In this document: piece by piece, positions 27,396 through 35,902 of the stretch
Layout: the number at the start of each line of letters is the position of its first letter
How positions within the stretch are numbered: the stretch's first letter is position 1
Assembly: GCA_963795085.1 (NCBI GenBank)
Contig: CAWCFX010000001.1
Location: 32,001 to 96,000, forward strand
Source: an uncultured Gemmatimonadales bacterium
Lineage (GTDB): Bacteria; Gemmatimonadota; Gemmatimonadetes; Gemmatimonadales; GWC2-71-9
Direction of reading: 5' to 3'
Length of the DNA stretch: 64,000 nt
The notes under the pieces: generated by a model
Database searches by the model: none
Seen by the model: only the letters and a program-made list of their open reading frames with translations
What the model was told of the DNA's origin: nothing
Translations under genes and position numbers: made by a program

Positions 27396-28781
27396 ATGTC
27401 CCCCAGTGCGTTTCGCACGTGGCGTTCCGTCGCGGCCGCCGGCGCCATTCTCGCGGTCGCCGCCTGCGCGGACCAGCCCACCGCGCCTCCCGCGGCGCCG
27501 CCCTCCCAGGCTCGCGTCACCGCCGCCACCCTGACCCCGGTGCCCGGCCGATTCATCGTCCTGACCGAGCCCGGACGCCCTAGCGCCGTCGCCGGCCTGG
27601 CCAGTGCGTATCCCGGCCAGGTCGAACAGACCCACCGCGAAGCCGGTATTCTCCTGCTGCGTGACTTGACGGCAACCCAGCTTTCCAGCCTGTCGGCGAC
27701 GCCCCAGGTGACCCGGGTCGTCCAGGACATGTCGCTCCTGTGGATTCCGCCCGCCAGCGATATGCGCGCCGCTGTCATGGAAGCCAGTTCCGGTGTGGCC
27801 GCCCAGGGGACCGACCAGAGCGGAGCCCAGTTCTACGCGTTTCAGTGGAACATCCGCCAGGTCCAGGCGCCGGCGGCCTGGAACGCCACCCCCGGCGGAC
27901 TGGGAAAAATGGTGTGCGTGCTTGATACCGGGGTGGACCCGGGTCATCTGGATACCAATGGCAAGGTGGACCTGGGCCGCAGTGCTTCCATGGTCGCATC
28001 AGAGCCGTTCATCGAGGACCTCAACTTCCACGGCACCTTTGTCTCGGCGCTGGTCAGCAGTCGCGGCATCGCCATGGCCTCGGTGGCCCCCGACGCCATG
28101 CTCTGCGCCGTCAAGGTGCTCAACGTCAACGGTAGCGGTTCCTTCGGCGACGTGATCAACGGCATCCTCTTCGCCGCCGGCAACGGCTCGGATGTGATCA
28201 ACATGAGCCTGGGCGCCTACATCGACCGGTCAGTCCCGGGATCCGATGTCCTGACGGACGCCCTTCAGCGCGCCATCAACATCGCCACCGACCGCGGAGT
28301 CCTGGTCGTGACCTCGAGCGGAAACGACGGGATCAACCTCGACGAGGACGGCCCCCAGTTCGCCCATATCCCTTCCCAGCTTCGCAACGTGATCAGCGTG
28401 GGGGGGACCGCGCCCATCAACCAGCAGAACTTTGACCTGCTGGCCTCGTACTCGAACTTCGGCGGCCGCACCGGCCTGCACCTGGTCGCGCCCGGGGGTG
28501 ACCTGGTAGCCGGAGGCGCGACACCGGACCTGGTGCTCTCCGCCTGTAGTCGCTACAGCGTCTTTTTCAACTGCGGCAGCGGTCTCAGCTACCTGTTCGG
28601 AGCAGGCACCAGTTTCGCTTCCCCGGTCGTCGCCGGCGCGGCGGCGGTGGTGGAGTCCCAGCAGGGCCCGCTCTCGCCGACAGCGTTGGGCGCCTGCGTC
28701 ATCCGATCGGCTGACCCCGTGGGCCCGGCCCGGATCTTCGGCAACGGGAGGCTCAACGTGATGGCCGCATCCGGCTGCTGA
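27396..28781 (+). CDS. S8 subtilisin-like serine protease lipoprotein
   Basis: Lipobox VAAC; LDTG (Asp), HGT (His), SSGN, GTSFA (Ser); AGGAG RBS. Confidence 0.92.
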   Translation: MSPSAFRTWRSVAAAGAILAVAACADQPTAPPAAPPSQARVTAATLTPVPGRFIVLTEPGRPSAVAGLASAYPGQVEQTHREAGILLLRDLTATQLSSLSATPQVTRVVQDMSLLWIPPASDMRAAVMEASSGVAAQGTDQSGAQFYAFQWNIRQVQAPAAWNATPGGLGKMVCVLDTGVDPGHLDTNGKVDLGRSASMVASEPFIEDLNFHGTFVSALVSSRGIAMASVAPDAMLCAVKVLNVNGSGSFGDVINGILFAAGNGSDVINMSLGAYIDRSVPGSDVLTDALQRAINIATDRGVLVVTSSGNDGINLDEDGPQFAHIPSQLRNVISVGGTAPINQQNFDLLASYSNFGGRTGLHLVAPGGDLVAGGATPDLVLSACSRYSVFFNCGSGLSYLFGAGTSFASPVVAGAAAVVESQQGPLSPTALGACVIRSADPVGPARIFGNGRLNVMAASGC

Positions 28782-28820
28782 GCAGTTCTCAGCTGTACCA
28801 GCAGGATGCCTGACATGTTC

Positions 28821-28833
28821 CAAGTTGTTGATT
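28821..28833 (-). promoter_or_regulatory. IHF-consensus site
   Basis: Reverse complement AATCAACAACTTG matches WATCAANNNNTTR, within an AT-rich patch. Confidence 0.45.
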
Positions 28834-28928
28834 GGTATATACTTACAGGCTCCTCGGCCGCTGAACCCGGCGGCCCGAGGGGCCCGTAGTTTTTTATCGG
28901 AAGCTCGCTCATTCCCCGGTCCCACCCC

Positions 28929-28956
28929 TGCAACCAACGGGGCCATTCCCGCATCT
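28929..28956 (+). promoter_or_regulatory. Putative autoregulatory ECF promoter
   Basis: TGCAACC-N15-GCATCT, 10 nt upstream of the sigma ATG. Confidence 0.5.
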
Positions 28957-28966
28957 TTAACGAACC

Positions 28967-29506
28967 ATGGCCGAACTCCTCGCAATCGCGAACGCCGACG
29001 TTGTCCTGGCCCGGGCCCGCACCGGTGACGCCGAAGCTCTCGAGACCCTGTTCCGGGCCTACGAGGGGCCGGTGTACAACCTGGTTCGCCGGATCTGCCG
29101 GACCGCGGAGGACGCGGAGGACGTCCTGCAGGAGACGTTCTTTGAAGTCTGCCGCAACATCCGGCAGTACCGGGGCGAGGGCAGCCTCTGGGGCTGGATC
29201 CGTACGGTAGCGTCCAGCAAGGCATTGATGCGGCTGCGGCGCAACAAGTACCGGGACACCGACGATCTGGCGGACGAAATTTCACCGGCCCGGAAGGAAG
29301 ACACCCTGCTCCGCATGGACCTCGAAGCGGCCCTGGAGCGGTTGCCGGAAATGTCCCGCGCCGTGGTGTGGCTGCACGATGTCGAGGGGTACACCCATGA
29401 GGAAATCGCCGGGATGATGGGTAAGACGGTGAGCTTTTCGAAGTCGCAACTGGCGCGGGCCCATGCCCGGCTGCGACGGTGGTTGGGAGAGGAGGCTGTC
29501 GTATGA
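28967..29506 (+). CDS. ECF RNA polymerase sigma factor
   Basis: DAEDVLQETF region 2; LHDVEGYTHEEIA region 4. Confidence 0.93.
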   Translation: MAELLAIANADVVLARARTGDAEALETLFRAYEGPVYNLVRRICRTAEDAEDVLQETFFEVCRNIRQYRGEGSLWGWIRTVASSKALMRLRRNKYRDTDDLADEISPARKEDTLLRMDLEAALERLPEMSRAVVWLHDVEGYTHEEIAGMMGKTVSFSKSQLARAHARLRRWLGEEAVV

Positions 29507-30111
29507 ATCATCTGAACATGGAACAACTGATCCAGTTGCGCGGGCCGGCCACCGATCCGGGGACCGGTGATGCCCGGGCGCACCTGGATACCTGCCCTGC
29601 CTGCCAGGCTGAACTCGATCGTCTGCACCAGCGGGTGGCGCGGTTGCGCGCCCTGCCATCGATGCGGCCCGCCCGCGATGCCTGGCCTTCCGTCCGGACG
29701 CGGGTGGCCGCCGAGCGGCACCAGCAGCAGACCCGCTGGATGGGCATTGCCGGACTCGCCATGGCCGCCGCGGTGATCCTCGCGGTCATCGTGACCGATG
29801 TGTCCAATGTCGAAGATCTCGGTGCATCCACGGCGGTGGCGATCGACTCGGCCAAGGCGCAGTCGCGGCAACTGGAGAGTGCCATTCAGCAGTACGACCC
29901 GGAACGCAGGGTGACCGACGGCCGGACCGCCAGGGTGGCCGCCGAGCTGGAGTACCAGATCGCCGAACTGGACCGCGAACTGCAGCGGGTCCAGCTGGCG
30001 GAAGACCTGGCCCGGGAACAGCGGACTCTGCGCCTCTGGCGCCAGCGGGTTGGACTGCTGGACGCGCTGGTGGACGTCCACGTCACCCGCGCCAGCAACG
30101 TGGGATTGTAG
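29503..30111 (+). CDS. Zinc-finger (ZAS) transmembrane anti-sigma factor
   Basis: HLDTCPAC (HxxxCxxC), one TM, coiled-coil C-terminus; ATGA overlap with sigma. Confidence 0.8.
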   Translation: MNHLNMEQLIQLRGPATDPGTGDARAHLDTCPACQAELDRLHQRVARLRALPSMRPARDAWPSVRTRVAAERHQQQTRWMGIAGLAMAAAVILAVIVTDVSNVEDLGASTAVAIDSAKAQSRQLESAIQQYDPERRVTDGRTARVAAELEYQIAELDRELQRVQLAEDLAREQRTLRLWRQRVGLLDALVDVHVTRASNVGL

Positions 30112-30121
30112 GATCCGGCCC

Positions 30122-30991
30122 ATGACACGAGAACGCGCCTGGATGGCGGTGGCCCTGGCGGCCGGCATGGCGGCTTCGGCTTCGGCCCAGGAACGGGAGC
30201 GGGTGCCCCCGCCCACCGTCCAGGAACGGATCCGGGTCGGCCCCACCGGCGACCGCGTCTACCGTTTCAGTAACCGGGGCAAGATGGGTATCACGGTCAA
30301 CATCCGTCCCCAGGCCACCGACTCCATCGGGGCGCTGGTGGACGCGGTGAGTCCCGGAAGCCCGGCCTTCAAGGCAGGAATCCAGGCCGGTGACCTCATC
30401 GTCCGGTTCAACGGCCAGTCAGTTGTGACCCTGGCCCGCGAGGGGCGGAAGCCGTCTCCCGGCCTCGCCCTCCTCGAGGTCGCTTCAACCCTGAACGCGG
30501 GAGATACGGCACGGGTGGACTACCGGCGGGGCCGCAGTCGCGGCAACGCCACCATCGTGCTCGAGCCGGCTTCGGAGTACGCCTTCACCACCCAGTTCCT
30601 GGAGCGGGGCCCGGGCGAGGACGTGTTTATCGCGCGAGAATGGTCGGAAGGCATGCCGCCCGCCCTCAGTATGCAGGAAGAGTCTTTCGAGCGGGTCCCG
30701 TTCATGCTGCCTTACAAGAGCATCGCCACGCTCGAGCTGGCTCCCATGAACGCCGGCCTGGGGCAGTACTTCGGGGTGTCCACCGGCGTACTGGTGATCA
30801 ATACCCCCGATGGGTCCAGCCTGAATCTCAAGAGCGGGGACGTGGTGATGACCATCGATGGCCGACGGGTCTCCAGCCCCAACCAGCTGTTTCGCGTACT
30901 TCGCAGCTACGATCGGGGTGAGCCGTTCCGGCTCGAGGTGATGCGCATGAAGCGAAAGGAAGTGGTGCGGGCTACCCTGGAGGACCGCTGA
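30122..30991 (+). CDS. Secreted tandem-PDZ protein
   Basis: Signal peptide; VSPGSPAFKAGIQAGDLIVRFNG and LKSGDVVMTIDG; no protease domain seen. Confidence 0.85.
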   Translation: MTRERAWMAVALAAGMAASASAQERERVPPPTVQERIRVGPTGDRVYRFSNRGKMGITVNIRPQATDSIGALVDAVSPGSPAFKAGIQAGDLIVRFNGQSVVTLAREGRKPSPGLALLEVASTLNAGDTARVDYRRGRSRGNATIVLEPASEYAFTTQFLERGPGEDVFIAREWSEGMPPALSMQEESFERVPFMLPYKSIATLELAPMNAGLGQYFGVSTGVLVINTPDGSSLNLKSGDVVMTIDGRRVSSPNQLFRVLRSYDRGEPFRLEVMRMKRKEVVRATLEDR

Positions 30992-31023
30992 GTTCCCGGC
31001 GCCCGCACCGGAGTTAAAAGACG

Positions 31024-31058
31024 AAGGCACGAGATCTCATGGATTTCGTGCCTTTTTT
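31024..31058 (+). terminator. Intrinsic terminator built from a GCACGA repeat pair
   Basis: aaggcacgagatc-tcatg-gatttcgtgcctt plus T run, between convergent genes. Confidence 0.75.
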
Positions 31059-31078
31059 GCCGGGGCCGCGCGGCTGGC

Positions 31079-31321
31079 CTATTCCTGCTGCTGGGGCGCA
31101 AACAGGAAGGTTTCCATGTTGCTGAAGAGGAACTCCTTGGCCTTGGCATCGCGCGGGTCCAGCGCGTAATGATTCATCAACTGCTTCTGGGTGGTCAGCC
31201 ACTCCTGCCAGCAGGCATTGCAGATCTGCTGAAAGACCTTGAGGCCGATCTCGTTCTGAAAGGGGCGAAACGGCATCTGCTCACGTTCCTGCCCGCACCG
31301 GGTGCATGGGATGTCTGCCAT
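31079..31321 (-). CDS. yggX: Fe(II)-trafficking / oxidative damage protection protein (YggX family)
   Basis: GLKVFQQIC..CWQEWLTTQKQLMNHYALD...AKEFL...METFLF. Confidence 0.85.
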   Translation of the reverse strand: MADIPCTRCGQEREQMPFRPFQNEIGLKVFQQICNACWQEWLTTQKQLMNHYALDPRDAKAKEFLFSNMETFLFAPQQQE

Positions 31322-31339
31322 GAGCGAAAGCTAGCAGGC

Positions 31340-31624
31340 TCAGCGAGTGACCGCAGTCCCCCGCCGCAGGGCCTTTACGCCGCTGGCCGTGCCGAGTCCG
31401 GCCCCAATGCCAAACAGGGCGCTGGCGGTTGCGGTCACCAGGGGAAGGGCCGAGATCGGCCAGGTCAGCAGCATCCCCAGCGCGGCGATGAAGAAGGGTG
31501 CGGCCGGGTTGTAGATGGCGTCCACGAAGCGAAGCCGGCGAGCCACGAAACGGCGGGTGGCCAGAAAACCAACCAGGCCGGCGGCGAGGGTAATGGCGGC
31601 ACTGACCCAGGAAAAGATGAACAT
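31340..31624 (-). CDS. Small hypothetical membrane protein
   Basis: 94 aa, ARRFVARRLRFVDA motif, 3 TM. Confidence 0.7.
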   Translation of the reverse strand: MFIFSWVSAAITLAAGLVGFLATRRFVARRLRFVDAIYNPAAPFFIAALGMLLTWPISALPLVTATASALFGIGAGLGTASGVKALRRGTAVTR

Positions 31625-31754
31625 AGGTTGCTCACGCGTAGGAGTTTAGCGAACTTGTGTGTTCCAGTACGGAACGCCTCGCGGCCAAGTTTCACCCATT
31701 CCGTGGGCACCGACCCACGACCAGCCGGCCCTCTCGTCCTCCAGGGCCGCGGTA

Positions 31755-32747
31755 TTACCATCGGATCGCCGCACTCCCCCACATGAACCCGCTCCCAAAG
31801 GCGGTGACCACCAGCAGATCCCCGGGTTCCAGCCGCCCGGCCTTGACGCATTCATCGAGGGCAATCGGTATCGTGGCCGCGGTCGTGTTGCCGTAGTACA
31901 TGATGTTATTGAAGACCTGGTCGTCCCGCAGCTGCAGGCTCTTCTGGACGCCTTCCGCGATGCGGAGGTTGGCCTGGTGCGCGACCAGGAGCCTGATGTC
32001 CGGGGGCGAATGACCGATGGCCGCGAGTACGGCCCGGACCGATTCGGGCATCCGGGTGACCGCGTGGCGAAAGACCTCCCGTCCGTCCATCTGCAGGAAA
32101 TACCGTCCTTCCTTCAGGTGCTCCTGCGATACCCGTGGGTGATACATCGAACCGGGGCCGTCCACCCAGAGCAACTCGGCCTGGTCTCCGTCGCTGTGCA
32201 GGTCGAAGGCGAGGATGCCGCGCTCCAGGTCGGCGCTGGGGCCCAGCACCGCGGCACCGGCTCCGTCGGCAAAGATGACCGCGGTGTTGCGCCCCCGGGT
32301 ACTCACATCCATGCCGGTGGACTGGACTTCGGCGCCGATCACCAGGACGTGGCGGTACTGTCCGCTCCGGATCCACCCGTCCGCCACCGACAGCCCGTAG
32401 ACGAAACCGCTGCACTGGGTCCGGATGTCCAGCGCGGGGATGGGACCGGCGCCCAGGGCGCGCTGCACGTACACGCCTCCGCCGGGAATGAAGTGGTCGG
32501 GGGTGCTGGTGGCATAGATGAGGGCGTCGATATCACCCGGATCGAGCCCGGCGGCCGCGACGGCCTTGCGGGACGCGGCGAGCGCCAGGCTCACCCCGGT
32601 TTCCCCCTCCCGGACCCAGCGCCTCTCCTGGATGCCGGTTCGGGTGCGGATCCACTCGTCGGAGGTGTCCATCACCCGCGCCAGCTCATCATTGGTCACC
32701 ACCCGGTCGGGCACCTGGAAACCGGTGCCGAGAATCATGCTGCGCAT
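31755..32747 (-). CDS. fabH: 3-oxoacyl-ACP synthase III family
   Basis: DTSDEWIRTRTGI, QCSGF (Cys), HQAN, GNT, AFGSG. Confidence 0.93.
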   Translation of the reverse strand: MRSMILGTGFQVPDRVVTNDELARVMDTSDEWIRTRTGIQERRWVREGETGVSLALAASRKAVAAAGLDPGDIDALIYATSTPDHFIPGGGVYVQRALGAGPIPALDIRTQCSGFVYGLSVADGWIRSGQYRHVLVIGAEVQSTGMDVSTRGRNTAVIFADGAGAAVLGPSADLERGILAFDLHSDGDQAELLWVDGPGSMYHPRVSQEHLKEGRYFLQMDGREVFRHAVTRMPESVRAVLAAIGHSPPDIRLLVAHQANLRIAEGVQKSLQLRDDQVFNNIMYYGNTTAATIPIALDECVKAGRLEPGDLLVVTAFGSGFMWGSAAIRW

Positions 32748-32794
32748 GGAGGATCTGCCGTTTGAAGAATCATGATGTCCCCCCACGGAAGTGA

Positions 32795-34033
32795 TCAGGC
32801 GGCACGATGGGCGCGGACCAGCCCCGCGATCCAGATCCAGGCCGTCCAACTTACCATCTGCAACAGCCCCAGGCCGCGCCAGCTTTCCCAGATGACGGCG
32901 GCGGGGGTGAGAATCCAGGGCCACCACGAATCCACCCGGAGATGATGCCGCTCGGCAATCTGCACGGCATGGGTGCCGCCGCTCGCGAGGGCCTGCAGGA
33001 GGTCGTCGCAGGCGGCGGGCTGGTCAGCACGCCAGCCCGGCACCAGGACCAGGTTCCAGGCCGGGACCGTCGCTCCCCACCCGTGGCTGTCGGTCACGGC
33101 AAGCAGCAGCAGGTTGTAGCGCCGGGCCAAGGCGACGACCTCGGCGCGCCGCCGAGCCGAGAAGTCGGCGGCCCGGGGCGAGGCATTGACGATCTCGAAC
33201 CCGGCCACACCCGCCTGGACAAACGCATCGAGGTTGGCCCAGTGGTTCCGGTCGTACTCGGGAAGGGAAGCGATCGCCAGCCCGCCATACCGGCTCCGCG
33301 CCTCAGCGAGAAATGTCAGCACCCCGGCGAGGGAATCGGGGTACTGTTTCCGGTCCACCTCGCCGGTCGCGCCCAGCAGGACGATATGGGCCCGCCAGGT
33401 GCTCACCTCGATGCCGGGGCAGAGGCGGGTGCTGCCCGGTCGCGCCCACGCCCCGGGAAACCCGGCGACAGTATTGTGGTCGGTAATGAACGCGACATCG
33501 AACCCCGCCCGGTGATGCCACCGGCGGCTGGCCTCCGCGTCAAAGCCCTTCATGAGCGTCGCACGGACATCATGAGAGGCGTTGGTGTGGGCGTGGAAAT
33601 CAGCCGCGGCGAGGCGAGGGGGCAGCCCGGCGAGCGAGACCATGGGCCGGTGCCAGAGCATGCCCGCGGCGACGAAGGCCCCCAGGAGGACGAGCCAGAG
33701 GGCAGCGGCGCCGGCCTCCCGGATGAAGCCGATCGGCGGGCCGGCATCGGGTTCCGCCCCGCCCCGGCGATAGGCGGCGAGGATCCGCCAGGCCAGGAAG
33801 AGCACGGCCAGTCCCGCCAGGAATCCCTGGAGCCGCTCCATGCTCAGCATCGAGACGCCGTCCCACAGGTCGAAGAGTGGAGCGAACACCAGGTGGAGCC
33901 CTGGATAGGCGAGGTGGATGCCTTCCGGCAGAGGGTCGCCCAGCGGATCGGCCAGGGGAGGCGCCCGGAGAACCCGCGCCGCGATCAGGCCGAGCGTGAG
34001 GACGATAGAAACGAGCGGGAGTCGGCGCAGCAA
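32795..34033 (-). CDS. Membrane-anchored PHP-domain metallophosphoesterase
   Basis: DFHAHT, ITDHN, GIEVS, TDSHG plus TM segments. Confidence 0.8.
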   Translation of the reverse strand: MLRRLPLVSIVLTLGLIAARVLRAPPLADPLGDPLPEGIHLAYPGLHLVFAPLFDLWDGVSMLSMERLQGFLAGLAVLFLAWRILAAYRRGGAEPDAGPPIGFIREAGAAALWLVLLGAFVAAGMLWHRPMVSLAGLPPRLAAADFHAHTNASHDVRATLMKGFDAEASRRWHHRAGFDVAFITDHNTVAGFPGAWARPGSTRLCPGIEVSTWRAHIVLLGATGEVDRKQYPDSLAGVLTFLAEARSRYGGLAIASLPEYDRNHWANLDAFVQAGVAGFEIVNASPRAADFSARRRAEVVALARRYNLLLLAVTDSHGWGATVPAWNLVLVPGWRADQPAACDDLLQALASGGTHAVQIAERHHLRVDSWWPWILTPAAVIWESWRGLGLLQMVSWTAWIWIAGLVRAHRAA

Positions 34034-34073
34034 TCGATCAGGCTCGCTCGGTGAAGGGTGCTATACTTGATCC

Positions 34074-34316
34074 ATGACCAACTGGGATTCCGAACTCCCC
34101 GACGAGCCTGAAGATAGCGACCAGCCGACCGACACGGACGCCACGGTGAGCTGTCCCTATTGCGGGGAGACCGTGGAAATGACGCTGGATCCGGGGGGTG
34201 GGACGGTGCAGGACTACGTTGAGGACTGCCAGGTGTGCTGTCAACCTTGGCGGGTGATGGTGACCTACCACCGCGACGGCCACGCGGACGTTGTCGTGGA
34301 GCAGGCCGACGGCTGA
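34074..34316 (+). CDS. CPXCG motif cysteine-rich protein
   Basis: CPYCGE...YVEDCQVCCQP; TGnTATACT 6 nt before the ATG. Confidence 0.88.
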   Translation: MTNWDSELPDEPEDSDQPTDTDATVSCPYCGETVEMTLDPGGGTVQDYVEDCQVCCQPWRVMVTYHRDGHADVVVEQADG

Positions 34317-34331
34317 GCGCCGGCGCGGGGG

Positions 34332-35066
34332 TCAGACGCCTCCCAGCCATGGGTATCCCATGTTTTCCCAGTAGCCTCCCGGCCGGGCGGCGGTGAATTC
34401 CACCCGGGCCAGGTACTTGGTGAGCTTGTAGCCGAGTTTGACCGGCGAATAGAGGCGGAGCGGAGCCCCCCGTGCAGGGGTGAGCAGCTGATCGTTGAAC
34501 GCGTAGGCCAGGATGGTCTGGGGATGCAGGGCGCTCTTCAGGTCCCACCCGTTGTAGTACTGGCGGCCGCTCCGGTCGTAGTCGAACGAATCGAACTGGG
34601 CGTACCCGGCCCGGTCGGTCGGCTCCACCAGCGCCGCCACCGCCGAGAAGGGCACCCCGGTCCAGGTACCAATCGCGGTCCATCCCTCCACACAATGGTG
34701 TTTGACGGTGTACGTGATTCGGGGCAACTGCCGAATCATCTCGAGCGTCAGCCGGGTCGGCCGTCGCACTTCGCCGGCTACCTCCAGCGCCCATTGGCCG
34801 GGATCGCCGGGGACTGGAGGGTTGGGCCGCTGCACGAAATACGTGGGGAAATCGCGGGTCCGGCGGCTCGTGGGATACTCCCGGGCCAGCCGGCCGGACG
34901 AATGAAAGACGTGCTCTCCCACCCAGTCGTTGACTCGCGAGAAGGCCCGGAGCCGGGGCTCCAGCGCGGAGCCACCGTCCCAGCCGCAGGCCGCCGCCAG
35001 GGATGCCGGACCTGCCACCATTCCGAGTTTGAAGAAATCCCTCCGGTCCATCTTCCGGTCAGTCAT
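34332..35066 (-). CDS. Tat-exported molybdopterin oxidoreductase (sulfite oxidase/MsrP-like)
   Basis: DRRDFFK; HCVEGW Moco Cys; GAPLRL, KLGYK, GGYWE. Confidence 0.9.
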   Translation of the reverse strand: MTDRKMDRRDFFKLGMVAGPASLAAACGWDGGSALEPRLRAFSRVNDWVGEHVFHSSGRLAREYPTSRRTRDFPTYFVQRPNPPVPGDPGQWALEVAGEVRRPTRLTLEMIRQLPRITYTVKHHCVEGWTAIGTWTGVPFSAVAALVEPTDRAGYAQFDSFDYDRSGRQYYNGWDLKSALHPQTILAYAFNDQLLTPARGAPLRLYSPVKLGYKLTKYLARVEFTAARPGGYWENMGYPWLGGV

Positions 35067-35784
35067 GACTGGGAAACCTCCCGCGGTACCGTCCCGTGAT
35101 CATGGCCCGGAGCGAGGCTGGATCGACCACGAAGATCAGCAGCACGTGCAGCAGCGTAAACGCCACGAAGATCCAGACGGTGAGGAAGTGCCAGTACCGG
35201 GTCAGCTCGTAGCCGCCGAAAAGGGCGGTGAGCCACCAGAGTTGCACCGGTTTGTAGATGGCGAACCCGGTCAGCACCGCCAGCGCGCCGACGACAAAGA
35301 TCAACGTGTAGGCCAGTTTCTGGAGTGCGTTGTGCTTTCCCTGCGGCGGGTGGTCCTTCCGCAGCCGGAAGTAGTAGAGCTGCATCTGGAGTGCGGGCCG
35401 GACGTCGCGGGGGCGGAAGGCCAGAGATCGCCACTCTCCGGAGATGACGAGGTAGAGGAGATACGCCAGGCCGGTGAGCACGAAGGGCCAGGCCAGCGCG
35501 AAATGCCAGTTCAGTCCGCCGGCGAGCCATCCGCCCAGCCGGGCCCATTCCGGGGCGGAGGGAGTGCCCTGGATGATCTCCACCGGGTTGGGCGCCCCGT
35601 AGGAGGCGTCCCGGGGGCCGAACCGCTGGTAGGCGTTGTAGATCTGCAGGCCGCTCCCCACCATACCCACGAGGAGGATGGCGTTGGCCCAGTGGGTGAC
35701 CCGCACCAGCCAATGATGCCGCTTGACGGTGGGTCGGGATGTGGAGACTGCAGCCGCAGCGGGCAGCGCTTCGAGTTGGCTCAA
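35059..35784 (-). CDS. Di-heme cytochrome b membrane partner (Ni-hydrogenase cyt b family)
   Basis: VRVTHW, NWHF, HNALQKLAY, YWHF...LHV. Confidence 0.88.
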   Translation of the reverse strand: MSQLEALPAAAAVSTSRPTVKRHHWLVRVTHWANAILLVGMVGSGLQIYNAYQRFGPRDASYGAPNPVEIIQGTPSAPEWARLGGWLAGGLNWHFALAWPFVLTGLAYLLYLVISGEWRSLAFRPRDVRPALQMQLYYFRLRKDHPPQGKHNALQKLAYTLIFVVGALAVLTGFAIYKPVQLWWLTALFGGYELTRYWHFLTVWIFVAFTLLHVLLIFVVDPASLRAMITGRYRGRFPSHD

Positions 35785-35902
35785 CGCACGACCTGGGTCA
35801 GATGGGAATGGGTTACCAGATCATTAAACGCCCGGGGGCCGGATTTGGATCCAGGCGAGGGGGCAAGACCGCCCAGTGCTAACTCCCTTTTGCCGCCCTG
35901 TT

